This document shows positions 20,505 through 29,415 of a stretch of DNA of 37,514 nt, one piece after another. Within the stretch, counting starts at the first letter, position 1. Each line of letters opens with the position of its first letter. Origin of the DNA: a virus (taxonomy: Duplodnaviria; Heunggongvirae; Uroviricota; Caudoviricetes); the IMG/VR virus record IMGVR_UViG_2534681759_000011. The stretch is one strand, 5' to 3'. Position numbers and translations under genes: made by a program. The notes beneath the pieces are model-generated. The model saw only the letters and a list, made by a program, of their open reading frames with translations, was not told the DNA's origin and did no database searches.

Positions 20505-20893
20505 GCAACACATTTAAATTCAGCAGCCGGAGCGAAAAGAATTTGCAGGGCGTAAATCCTGATCTGGTGAAAGTGACCCGACGAGCACTGGAAATCTCGG
20601 AAGTGGATTTTGGTATCACCGAAGGGTTGCGCAGCCGTTACCGCCAGAAGCAACTTGTGGCCACAGGTAAGAGCCAGACCAGGAACAGCCGCCACCTTAC
20701 GGGGCATGCCGTGGATGTTGTGGCTTATATCGGCAGCCAGGTGTCATGGGAATGGCCGCTGTACGAAAAAATCGCAGCAGCATTCAGACAGGCCAGCCGG
20801 GAACTGAATATTCCGGTGGAATGGGGCGGCGACTGGAAGACCCTGAAAGACGGACCGCATTTTCAGTTACCACACGGAGCCTATCCGGCATGA
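20501..20893 (+). CDS. Endolysin, peptidase M15 (L-Ala-D-Glu endopeptidase-like) family (130 aa)
   Basis: Candidate zinc ligands in SRHLTGHAVDV and GGDWKTLKDGPHFQ; replaces the lysozyme found in P2 itself. Confidence 0.7.
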   Translation: MSNTFKFSSRSEKNLQGVNPDLVKVTRRALEISEVDFGITEGLRSRYRQKQLVATGKSQTRNSRHLTGHAVDVVAYIGSQVSWEWPLYEKIAAAFRQASRELNIPVEWGGDWKTLKDGPHFQLPHGAYPA

Positions 20894-21297
20894 AGCTCTG
20901 GCCCACGCTGGGCGTCGCTTTCCTTCTGATTGCCGCATGGGGAACATCCATGCGTCTGTCGTGGTCGCTGGGCCGGGAGAACGCCAGAAACGAAGCGCAG
21001 GCCAGCACCCTGAAAAGTACCGTCGACACCCTGAATATCATCAGCGCCGGGGTACAGGATATGCAGCAGGTGCTGGCACAACTCCGCGTGGAAAATCAGC
21101 AACGCAATCAGGACGGAGAAGCCAGACGTGAACAGCTACGCAACGATATTGCAAAAGATGAATGCGCCCACGCTTTGCCTGATGCTCGTTTTACTGACAG
21201 GTTGCGCAGGCACGCTGAACGCGCCACGGCCAGCGCCGTCAGTCCGGCTTATACCGCAGACGCTGACCATACCGGTAACGCCTCCCCCCGTCCCTGA
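20890..21297 (+). CDS. lysB: LysB / Rz-like inner-membrane spanin component
   Basis: ATG overlaps the endolysin stop (ATGA); N-terminal transmembrane helix LWPTLGVAFLLIAAWG. Confidence 0.6.
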   Translation: MKLWPTLGVAFLLIAAWGTSMRLSWSLGRENARNEAQASTLKSTVDTLNIISAGVQDMQQVLAQLRVENQQRNQDGEARREQLRNDIAKDECAHALPDARFTDRLRRHAERATASAVSPAYTADADHTGNASPRP

Positions 21298-21448
21298 CAC
21301 TCCCACATGGGGAAATCTCGGTATATGGGGCGACCGCCTTCTGGATGCACTGGAAACCTGTAACGCGGATAAACGGGCCATTGAATTACTGGAACAGCGC
21401 AGGCTGCAACGACTGAACAACGAGGACAACAACCATGCTGAAAACTGA
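21158..21448 (+). CDS. lysC: LysC / Rz1-like outer-membrane lipoprotein spanin component
   Basis: Lipobox LLTGC after a short signal peptide; overlaps lysB in another frame; Pro-rich. Confidence 0.5.
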   Translation: MNAPTLCLMLVLLTGCAGTLNAPRPAPSVRLIPQTLTIPVTPPPVPDTPTWGNLGIWGDRLLDALETCNADKRAIELLEQRRLQRLNNEDNNHAEN

Positions 21449-21902
21449 TTCCCTGCGTGAAGCCATGACCCGTTCATGCCGATGGTGTCAGGCCAACCCG
21501 GAAAAATTCACCATTTTCGTGGAGAGCGGCAACATTGAAACGACCGGAGAAACGCCCTCGTTTGTTTAACGCTATCAGATGGTGATGTTTGTCATGGATT
21601 ACGCCGGGGAGCTGGACGACCTCACGCTGCCGCTACTGGCGTGGTTATCCGAAAATCAGCCACAGTTGTTGCTCAATCCGGAGCGTAATCAGGACATCAA
21701 ATTTTCCGCCGTTATCAATGACGATGACAGCGCCGATCTCCTGTTTACGCTCCCCCTGCGGGAACGCGTTCGCATTACGCGCAACAGTCAGGGGACACCG
21801 CAGGCAGAACACCTGCCGGAGCCAAAACCCCGTCTGCCCTCTTCCGAAGGCGACTGGTCGCATGTATTCCAGGATGTGACGTGGGGTGAAAGCAATGGAT
21901 AA
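21435..21902 (+). pseudogene. R: Tail completion protein R, interrupted by an in-frame TAA at 21567-21569
   Basis: A 44-codon ORF with good RBS (GAGGA) ends at TAA; the same frame resumes 9 nt later for 107 codons with no RBS of its own; combined length about 155 aa. Confidence 0.5.
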
Positions 21903-22530
21903 GGCATTCACCCGTGTGGATGAAACCTTTGAGGCCATCCGTGACAGCCTGAATCAGCAGGTCATCAATAACATCGCCAGAAAGCTGGCACAGGATTTAC
22001 GCCGCGCCCAGCAGGCACGTATCCGGTCACAGAAAGCGCCGGACGGGACCGCGTGGACACCTCGCAGACGCCGCGTAACCCGGATACAGGAGCGCATTCG
22101 CTTTATCTGGAATAACGAAGCACGCACGCTGAAAAACTGGCATCACGACACGGGGAAATACGGGCGAACCATTACCGGGTGGGATGAGGATAAAAACAAT
22201 ATCCGCACGTTTTACCGGGATGACATCGACCGTTTTCTGGAAATACGCACCCGGCGCATCAACCAGGACAGCACAAAGCGCGTCCCCATGTTCGTAAAAC
22301 TGCGCACCGCCCGCTACCTGAAAGCCCGTGCAGATGCTTCCGGTGTGACGGTGGGTTACAGCGGCGTGGCCGCACGTATTGCACGCGTTCATCAGTTCGG
22401 TGAGCGCGATCAGGTTGCGCCGGGCATTTTCACCGATTACCCGGTACGTGAGCTGCTGGGTATCAGTCAGGCAGATGAACGCCTGATTTATAACACGGTA
22501 CTGGGCCGGATTGCGGAGGCTGTACGGTGA
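21895..22530 (+). CDS. S: Tail completion / virion morphogenesis protein, gpS-like
   Basis: Position between R and V; start overlaps the R stop. Confidence 0.65.
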   Translation: MDKAFTRVDETFEAIRDSLNQQVINNIARKLAQDLRRAQQARIRSQKAPDGTAWTPRRRRVTRIQERIRFIWNNEARTLKNWHHDTGKYGRTITGWDEDKNNIRTFYRDDIDRFLEIRTRRINQDSTKRVPMFVKLRTARYLKARADASGVTVGYSGVAARIARVHQFGERDQVAPGIFTDYPVRELLGISQADERLIYNTVLGRIAEAVR

Positions 22531-23108
22531 GCGCAGAACTCATGCGACTGCTGAGCAACATCATCCGTACCGGGATCATCTCTGAAGTTGATGAGAAATC
22601 CTGGTGCGTGCGCGTTCGTAGCGGCGAACTGGAAACAGGCTGGCTGCGCTGGAACACCACGCGCGCGGGAGCCTTCAACGTGTGGCTTCCACCATCACCA
22701 GGCGAACAGGTGGTAATTGCCTGCATCGGCGGCAACCCTGAAACCGCCATGATAATTGGCAGTCTGTGGAGTGATGCCAATCCGGCACCCGGCAAAAACC
22801 TGAAAGAAATCGTGGTCAGCGCGCCGGATGGCGCGGTGTTCCGCTACGACGCAGACGCTGGCGCACTGAGCGCCAGCGGCATGAAAACAGCCACCCTGCA
22901 GGCATCCGTCAGCGTGACACTGGATACGCCCGTCGTGGAATGCACAAACCTTCTGAGAACAGCGACGCTTGACGTCACAAAAGGAGGAAAGATGAGCGGC
23001 AATATCACGCACAGCGGCGGCAGCTTCACCTCAAACGGCATCACAGTGCATACGCATAAACACGGCGGCGTTAAAGGTGGCAGCGATTCGACAGGAGGCC
23101 CGCAGTGA
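22527..23108 (+). CDS. V: Baseplate spike/assembly protein, P2 gpV family (193 aa)
   Basis: Position and size; Gly/Ser-rich C-terminus. Confidence 0.8.
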   Translation: MSAELMRLLSNIIRTGIISEVDEKSWCVRVRSGELETGWLRWNTTRAGAFNVWLPPSPGEQVVIACIGGNPETAMIIGSLWSDANPAPGKNLKEIVVSAPDGAVFRYDADAGALSASGMKTATLQASVSVTLDTPVVECTNLLRTATLDVTKGGKMSGNITHSGGSFTSNGITVHTHKHGGVKGGSDSTGGPQ

Positions 23109-23455
23109 CAACCCGCTACACAGGAATGAATCCGGACGGGACGGGAAACCTGAACGATATGGAGCACCTGAAACAGTCAGTCAGGGACATCCTGACCACC
23201 CCGCTGGCAAGCCGGGTTATGCGACGGGAATATGGCAGCCTTGTGCCTGATTTGATTGACGAACCCATGAATAACACCACGCGTCTGCAATGCATGAGTG
23301 CTGCCGTGATTGCGCTGACACGATGGGAACCCCGCATTGCCCTGGATGCCATCGACGTTGTCTGGAAAGCGGGAGGCCGCGCCGGGGTGACGTTGTCGGG
23401 CACTGTCATGCAGACCATGCAAAATGTTGAATTAACCATCACGCTGAGGGAGTAA
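23105..23455 (+). CDS. W: Baseplate wedge protein, P2 gpW family (116 aa)
   Basis: Size and position; remembered gpW similarity. Confidence 0.8.
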   Translation: MTTRYTGMNPDGTGNLNDMEHLKQSVRDILTTPLASRVMRREYGSLVPDLIDEPMNNTTRLQCMSAAVIALTRWEPRIALDAIDVVWKAGGRAGVTLSGTVMQTMQNVELTITLRE

Positions 23456-23457
23456 TC

Positions 23458-24354
23458 ATGCCTGCCGTTGACCTTGCCCAGTTACCGGAACCCGCCATCA
23501 TCGCGGAGCCTGATTTTGAGGCAATTCTGGCTGACACAAAGGCCATGATGATTGCGTCCTATCCTGCTGAACAGCGTGAAGCCGTCTCCGCCGCGCTGGA
23601 GCTGGAATCGGAACCCCTGAACGTTATCGCCCAGGCAACAGCGTTTCGTGAAATGCTGTTACGCCAGCGGATCAATGAGGGTGCACGCGCCTGCATGCTA
23701 AGCCACAGCGCCGGGACAGACCTGGACAACCTCGCGGGCAATATGAACACAAAGCGCCTGGTTATCACTCCGGCAACGGATACCACCGACGCAGTGATGG
23801 AAAGTGACACCTCGCTGAGACTGCGGGCGCAACGGGCGTATGACGGTCTGAGTGTTGCTGGCCCGTCAGGTGCATACGAGTATTTTGCACGCAGCGCCAG
23901 CGGTCTGGTACGCGACGCGCGGGCCATCAGTCCGTCTCCGGCAAATGTGACGGTTTCCATCCTGTCCACTGAAGGCGACGGCACAGCAACGGAGGCGTTG
24001 CTTAATACCGTTCGCGCCGTTCTGAATGCAGAGGATACCCGCCCGGTGGCCGACCGCCTGACCGTACAGAGTGCCAGAATCGTGACATGGCGGCTGAATG
24101 CAAAACTGTACTTTTACCCCGGCCCGGAATCCGAACCTATTCTGGCCGCGGCTGAATCGTCGTTCAGGAAGTGGCTGGCTGAGCAGGGGCTTATCGGTCA
24201 GGACGTGGCGTTGTCCGCCATTGCTGCCGCACTGCATGTGCACGGTGTGCAACGCGTGGAGATAATCGAACCCACACAGAATATGGCCATCAGCGACATA
24301 CAGGCGGCGCGCTGTGAGTCGTTCACCATCAGCGAAGGTGGGCGCAATGAGTAA
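23458..24354 (+). CDS. J: Baseplate protein J (298 aa)
   Basis: Size and position in the V-W-J-I-H order. Confidence 0.85.
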   Translation: MPAVDLAQLPEPAIIAEPDFEAILADTKAMMIASYPAEQREAVSAALELESEPLNVIAQATAFREMLLRQRINEGARACMLSHSAGTDLDNLAGNMNTKRLVITPATDTTDAVMESDTSLRLRAQRAYDGLSVAGPSGAYEYFARSASGLVRDARAISPSPANVTVSILSTEGDGTATEALLNTVRAVLNAEDTRPVADRLTVQSARIVTWRLNAKLYFYPGPESEPILAAAESSFRKWLAEQGLIGQDVALSAIAAALHVHGVQRVEIIEPTQNMAISDIQAARCESFTISEGGRNE

Positions 24355-24877
24355 TTCACTGTTACCACCATCAGCCAGCAGTTTCATGCGTTGTGCCGAA
24401 GCTGTCGGAACGCGCATTACAGACATCCCGGTAGACCTCAACACGCTGTGGTCGCCGGACACCTGCCCGGTGCACCTGCTGCCTTATCTCGCCTGGGCAT
24501 TTTCCGTTGACCGTTGGGATCGCAACTGGCCGGAAGAGGCAAAACGACAGGTGATTCGTGATGCATGGCTGATACACCGACACAAAGGGACCATCAGCGC
24601 ACTGCGCAGGGCCATTGAGCCGCTGGGATACCTCATTCGCGTGTCTGAGTGGTGGGAGTTCGGCGGAGAACCGGGAACATTTACCGTTGAAGTCGGCACA
24701 CTGGACAGTGGCGTGACGGAGGAAATGTATCTGGAAATGGAGCGGTTGATTGCTGATGCCCGCCCGGTCAGCCGCCACATGACAGGGCTGAATATCATTC
24801 AGGAGATCCCGGGAGATATTTTCGCGGCGGCAGCAACTTACGACGGTGAAGTCATTACCATTTATCCGGACGATTAA
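24347..24877 (+). CDS. I: Baseplate protein I
   Basis: ATG at 24347 overlapping the J stop; annotated ORF begins 33 nt upstream. Confidence 0.8.
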   Translation: MSNSLLPPSASSFMRCAEAVGTRITDIPVDLNTLWSPDTCPVHLLPYLAWAFSVDRWDRNWPEEAKRQVIRDAWLIHRHKGTISALRRAIEPLGYLIRVSEWWEFGGEPGTFTVEVGTLDSGVTEEMYLEMERLIADARPVSRHMTGLNIIQEIPGDIFAAAATYDGEVITIYPDD

Positions 24878-24879
24878 GC

Positions 24880-26439
24880 ATGAGTACCACAACACGTAAA
24901 TTTAAAACCGTTATCACCAATACGGGTGCCAAAAAATTAGCTCAGGCAGCCGCGCCAGATGGTAAGCCTGTCCGCCTGACTCATATGGCCGTGGGTGACG
25001 GCGGCGGCACTTTACCCTCGCCAGACAGTAAGCAGACCCGTCTGGTGCATGAGGTGTGGCGACACACTGTTAATCGCGTCTTCCTGGACGCAACACATCA
25101 GAACCGCATTATTGCGGAGCTGGTTGTTCCTCCAGAAACGGGCGGATTCTGGATCCGGGAAATTGGTGTGTTTGATGAGCACGGCGATTTAATCGCAGTA
25201 GGCAATACTGCCGAAAGTTACAAGCCAACCGTTGCCGAAGGGTCAGGACGTGCACAAACATTTCGCACCATTCTGACCGTATCCAGCACTGCCACTATGG
25301 CGCTTACCGTGGATAACACCATGGTAATGGCCACAGTGGATTACGTGGATGACAAACTGAAAGAGCATGAACAGTCACGACGTCACCCGGACGCCTCGCT
25401 GACCGCAAAAGGCTTTGTTCAACTTAGCAGCGCCACTAACAGCACATCTGAAACGCTGGCTGCGACACCTAAGGCTGTTAAGGCAGCATATGACCTGGCT
25501 AATGGCAAATACACCGCACAGGACGCAACCACTGCGCGGAAAGGGATAGTTCAGCTCAGTAGCGCCACTAACAGCACATCTGAAACGCTGGCTGCGACAC
25601 CTAAGGCTGTTAAGGCAGCATATGACCTGGCTAATGGCAAATACACCGCACAGGACGCAACCACTGCGCGGAAAGGGATAGTTCAGCTCAGTAGCGCCAC
25701 CAACAGCACGTCTGAAACGCTTGCGGCAACGCCAAAGTCTGTTAAGGCGGCATATGACCTGGCTAATGGCAAATACACCGCACAGGACGCTACCACTGCG
25801 CGAAAAGGGATAGTTCAGCTCAGTAGCGCCACTAACAGCACATCTGAAACGCTGGCTGCAACGCCGAAAGCAGTAAAGGCCGCATATGACCTTGCTAACG
25901 CAAAATATACCGCTCAGGACGCAACGACGGCACGAAAAGGGATAGTTCAGCTCAGTAGCGCCACTAACAGCACATCTGAAACGCTGGCTGCGACGCCAAA
26001 AGCTGTTAAGGCGGTAATGGATGAAACGAACAAGAAAGCGCCCTTAAACAGTCCTGCACTGACCGGAACGCCAACAACGCCAACTGCGCCAAAAGGGACT
26101 AATAATACTCAGATCGCAAGCACGGCTTATGTGATGGCCGCGATTGCCGCACTTGTAGACTCGTCGCCTGACGCACTGAATACGTTGAACGAGTTAGCGG
26201 CGGCGCTGGGAAACGACCCGAATTTTGCGACCACCATGACTAAAGCGCTTGCGGGTAAGCAACCGAAAGATGCCACCCTGACGGCGCTGGCCGGGCTTGC
26301 TACTGCGGCAGACAAGTTTCCGTATTTTACGGGGAATGATGTCGCCAGCCTGGCAACCCTGCAAAAGTCGGGCGGGATATTCTTGCGAAATCGACCGTTG
26401 CCGCTGTTATCGAATACCTCGGTTTACAGGAAACGGTAA
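24880..26439 (+). CDS. H: Tail-fibre protein H, constant N-terminal part; frame breaks near 26366
   Basis: N-terminus MSTTTRKFKTVITNTGAKKLAQAA… matches remembered P2 gpH; contains 132-bp tandem repeats; the conserved continuation KVGRDILAKSTVAAVIEYLGLQETVN is in the -1 frame from 26364. Confidence 0.75.
   Translation: MSTTTRKFKTVITNTGAKKLAQAAAPDGKPVRLTHMAVGDGGGTLPSPDSKQTRLVHEVWRHTVNRVFLDATHQNRIIAELVVPPETGGFWIREIGVFDEHGDLIAVGNTAESYKPTVAEGSGRAQTFRTILTVSSTATMALTVDNTMVMATVDYVDDKLKEHEQSRRHPDASLTAKGFVQLSSATNSTSETLAATPKAVKAAYDLANGKYTAQDATTARKGIVQLSSATNSTSETLAATPKAVKAAYDLANGKYTAQDATTARKGIVQLSSATNSTSETLAATPKSVKAAYDLANGKYTAQDATTARKGIVQLSSATNSTSETLAATPKAVKAAYDLANAKYTAQDATTARKGIVQLSSATNSTSETLAATPKAVKAVMDETNKKAPLNSPALTGTPTTPTAPKGTNNTQIASTAYVMAAIAALVDSSPDALNTLNELAAALGNDPNFATTMTKALAGKQPKDATLTALAGLATAADKFPYFTGNDVASLATLQKSGGIFLRNRPLPLLSNTSVYRKR
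25411..26010 (+). repeat. In-frame tandem repeat, 132-bp unit, about 4.5 copies, inside the tail-fibre shaft
   Basis: Repeated 44-aa unit ARKGIVQLSSATNSTSETLAATPKAVKAAYDLANGKYTAQDATT; unit starts at about 25411, 25543, 25675, 25807 and 25939. Confidence 0.85.
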
Positions 26440-27384
26440 ATCAGGCTTCTGGTGCATTACAGAAAAAACAGAACGGCGCAGATATTCCAGGAAAAGATAC
26501 CTTCACCAAAAATATTGGTGCCTGCCGCGCATATAGCGCATGGCTGAATATTGGTGGCGATAGTCAGACCTGGACAACCGCACAATTCATTTCGTGGCTG
26601 GAGAGTCAGGGGGCATTTAACCATCCTTACTGGATGTGCAAAGGCTCATGGGCTTATGCAAACAATAAGGTCATTACAGATACAGGTTGCGGAAATATTT
26701 GTCTTGCAGGTGCTGTGGTGGAAGTTATTGGCACTCGCGGCGCAATGACCATACGCGTTACTACGCCGAGTACATCCAGCGGTGGCGGAATTACTAACGC
26801 TCAATTCACCTATATTAATCATGGTGATGCTTATGCTCCTGGCTGGCGACGAGACTACAACACGAAAAACCAGCAGCCTGCATTTGCTTTAGGGCAAACA
26901 GGAAGCAGGGTTGCAAATGATAAAGCTGTTGGCTGGAACTGGAATAGCGGCGTTTATGATGCAGATATCAGTGGCGCATCGACATTAATCCTCCACTTTA
27001 ATATGAATGCGGGGAGTTGCCCTGCTGTACAGTTCCGCGTGAATTATAAAAACGGCGGTATCTTTTATCGTTCAGCGCGTGATGGTTATGGTCTTTGAAG
27101 CTAACTGGTCAGAGTTTTACACCACAACCCGCAAACCCTCTGCGGGGGATGTTGGTGCATATACGCAGGCAGAATGTAACTCAAGGTTTATTACAGGTAT
27201 TCGCCTGGGCGGTCTGTCATCTGTTCAGACATGGAATGGTCCCGGCTGGTCTGACAGGTCAGGTTATGTCGTTACGGGTTCAGTTAACGGAAACCGTGAT
27301 GAATTAATTGATACAACTCAGGCAAGGCCAATTCAGTATTGCATTAATGGAAGGTGGTATAACGCGGGGAGTATTCAATTATGA
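26370..27384 (+). pseudogene. Tail-fibre variable C-terminal segment, expressed orientation; reading frame broken
   Basis: Open in the -1 frame from about 26364 to 27098, then continues in another frame from 27079 to 27384 ending [13 protein letters not shown]; glycine-rich distal-fibre character. Confidence 0.5.
26407..26432. promoter_or_regulatory. gix/hix/cix-type recombination site (left inverted repeat of the invertible segment)
   Basis: TTATCGAATACCTCGGTTTACAGGAA; close to the remembered Mu gix consensus and an inverted copy of the site at 29336-29361; lies inside the tail-fibre reading frame. Confidence 0.75.
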
Positions 27385-27914
27385 TGCACTTAAAAACATT
27401 ACTGCTGGCAACCCTAAAACAAAAGAGCAATACCAGCTAACGAAACAATTTAACATCAAATGGCTTTATTCAGATGATGGAAAAAACTGGTATGAGGAAC
27501 AAAAGAACTTTCAGCCTGATACGTTGAAAATGGTCTATGACCGTAACGGCGTTATTATTTGTATTGAAAAGGATGTTTCAGCAATTAATCCAGTAAGGCG
27601 CAAGCGTCGTTGAATTACCTGATATTACAGCAAATCGCCGGGCTGATATTTCGGGTAAATGGATGTTCAAAGATGGCGTAGTGATAAAGCGAACTTATAC
27701 CGGGGAAGAGCAGAGGCAGCAGGCAGAGAATGAAAAGCAAAGCCTGTTGCAACTTGTCAGGGATAAAACCCAGTTATGGGACTCACAGCTACGGCTGGGC
27801 ATCATTTCCGACGAGAGTAAACAAAAATTAACAGAGTGGATACTCTTTGCGCAGAAAGTCGAATCTACAGACACTTCCAGCCTGCCAGTAACATTTCCCG
27901 AACAACCTGAATGA
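27381..27914 (+). pseudogene. Tail-fibre assembly chaperone, expressed orientation; split by frameshifts
   Basis: Pieces [25 protein letters not shown]… and …[22 protein letters not shown]… parallel the intact minus-strand paralogue but lie in different frames; the A-run at 27392-27396 and the region near 27592-27600 separate the frames. Confidence 0.5.
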
Positions 27915-27942
27915 GACAAGGCCCGATAGCGGGCCTTAATTT

Positions 27943-28470
27943 TTATTCAGGCTTTTGTGGCCATTCAGGATTTGCCGTATCCACACGGCTGACCAGAACA
28001 CTGTAGCGTTCCCATGCTTCCAGTCGTGTGCGCTCCTCGTCTGTTGCCATATTCAGCCTGGCAGCGCGTTCCAGTGGCTGGATGACTGATTCAGTTTCGG
28101 AAAGCAATGCGGCCTTTTGTGATTCGGCCTGTTGTTGCTGTTCGTCTGCTGTATAAATCCGCTTAACCACAGTTCCGTCCTTAAACATCCACTTCCCTGA
28201 ATCATCGGCACGACGATTGACTGTTATATCTGGAATCTCAACGACACTAAAGCCTTCGGGATTAAGCGTTGAGGCATCTTTGGTTATGGCAACAATAATA
28301 TTATTTTCGTCGTAAACAATCTTTATGGTGTCTTCCTGAAAGCTATTTACTTCCTCATACCAGTTTTTACCGTCTTCTGTATATAACCAGATAACATCAA
28401 AATTCTTTGTTAGCTGATATTGCTCTTTTGTTTTTGGATTTCCTGACTTAATATTTTTTAAATGCTGCAT
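27943..28470 (-). CDS. Tail-fibre assembly chaperone, alternative copy inside the invertible segment (175 aa, intact)
   Basis: [24 protein letters not shown]… typical of tail-fibre assembly proteins; silent in the present orientation. Confidence 0.8.
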   Translation of the reverse strand: MQHLKNIKSGNPKTKEQYQLTKNFDVIWLYTEDGKNWYEEVNSFQEDTIKIVYDENNIIVAITKDASTLNPEGFSVVEIPDITVNRRADDSGKWMFKDGTVVKRIYTADEQQQQAESQKAALLSETESVIQPLERAARLNMATDEERTRLEAWERYSVLVSRVDTANPEWPQKPE

Positions 28471-28473
28471 AAT

Positions 28474-29335
28474 TTACACCTGTGCTACGTTATACCATGT
28501 GCCATTGATGTATTTTTGTATTGGTCTGAAGATGGCTTCATCATCGCCATCTACTTCACCAATGATTCTTAATCCGGTAATTGCGTGTCCGGCTTTTTCA
28601 TAACGACCACCACGCGCCATCAATTGAACAACTCGCGTACCCAGGCGAACATCTTTTACATAGCGTGAATCAAAATTCCCCCAGTTGCTGGGCTGTATCT
28701 GACCGTTAACAGAAAATATTACCGAGTTATCTGTATTTCGCTGGCTATAGAAATGCCATCCTGCCTCATCGCCTAACTCTGCAACTACTGGACGGGTTGA
28801 AGCACCCCATAAATTAAACGTTACATTCTTTGTGGAGGTGTTGGAGCTGGATAGCGAGATTTTTTTACATCACCTGCCTGAATGTTTTTAAAAGCAATAG
28901 CAACTCCATTCTGAAAGCGGAATACTCGCTGACTATTAGCGTAAACATCAAGAATACCGTCTCCATTCTGTTTAAATCCGGTATCATTATCACCAAGAAC
29001 AATAGAGCTACCACCTAACGCATTCGTCGTACCAACTCCAAGGCTGCCATTAATGACGGCATTAACAAGAATATTTAGTGCATCCCATTTCAGCGTCATC
29101 AGGTCTTTTGTTGTGGTGCCCTGGCGGCTTCTCCATTTGAAATATTCATTGCCGTTGTCGCCTGTTTCTAAACCAACATGAATGAATCAGTATCGCTGTC
29201 GGCATCATTTTTAAATCCAATCTTCGCCCAGTCAGTATTTCGAATCCAGGCAAGGATTGAGTCGTTTTCAAAAGTAAGCCCACCGGACAAGGTATCGCCA
29301 TTCTTTTGCACGGCGTTCCTGGCCCTGTTTACCGT
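28474..29335 (-). pseudogene. Alternative tail-fibre C-terminal segment (P2 H-like), promoterless and frameshifted
   Basis: Minus strand encodes LGLQETVNRA…GLTFENDSILAWIRNTDWAKIGFKNDAD…, …LETGDNGNEYFKWRSRQ…TLKWDALNILVNA… and a C-terminus INGTWYNVAQV, matching remembered P2 gpH, but in three frames; breaks near 29164-29180 and at the T7 run 28860-28866. Confidence 0.6.
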
Positions 29336-29361
29336 TTCCTGTAAACCGAGGTTTTAGATAA
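29336..29361. promoter_or_regulatory. gix/hix/cix-type recombination site (right inverted repeat)
   Basis: TTCCTGTAAACCGAGGTTTTAGATAA, near-identical to the remembered Mu gix sequence; immediately upstream of the invertase gene. Confidence 0.8.
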
Positions 29362-29415
29362 TGGCCGTTTCTGGCCTGCATGGCATGATTTGCGCTTTTG
29401 GACGGGAGATTCAGT

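Noticed and set aside
25411-26010. Possible CRISPR array suggested by the regular 132-bp repeats
   Set aside because: The repeats are contiguous with no spacers, are in frame within the tail-fibre gene and encode a repeated peptide unit.
26297-26536. 79-aa ORF overlapping the tail-fibre constant/variable junction
   Set aside because: It is the third frame across the gix site; the tail-fibre-like continuation lies in a different frame.
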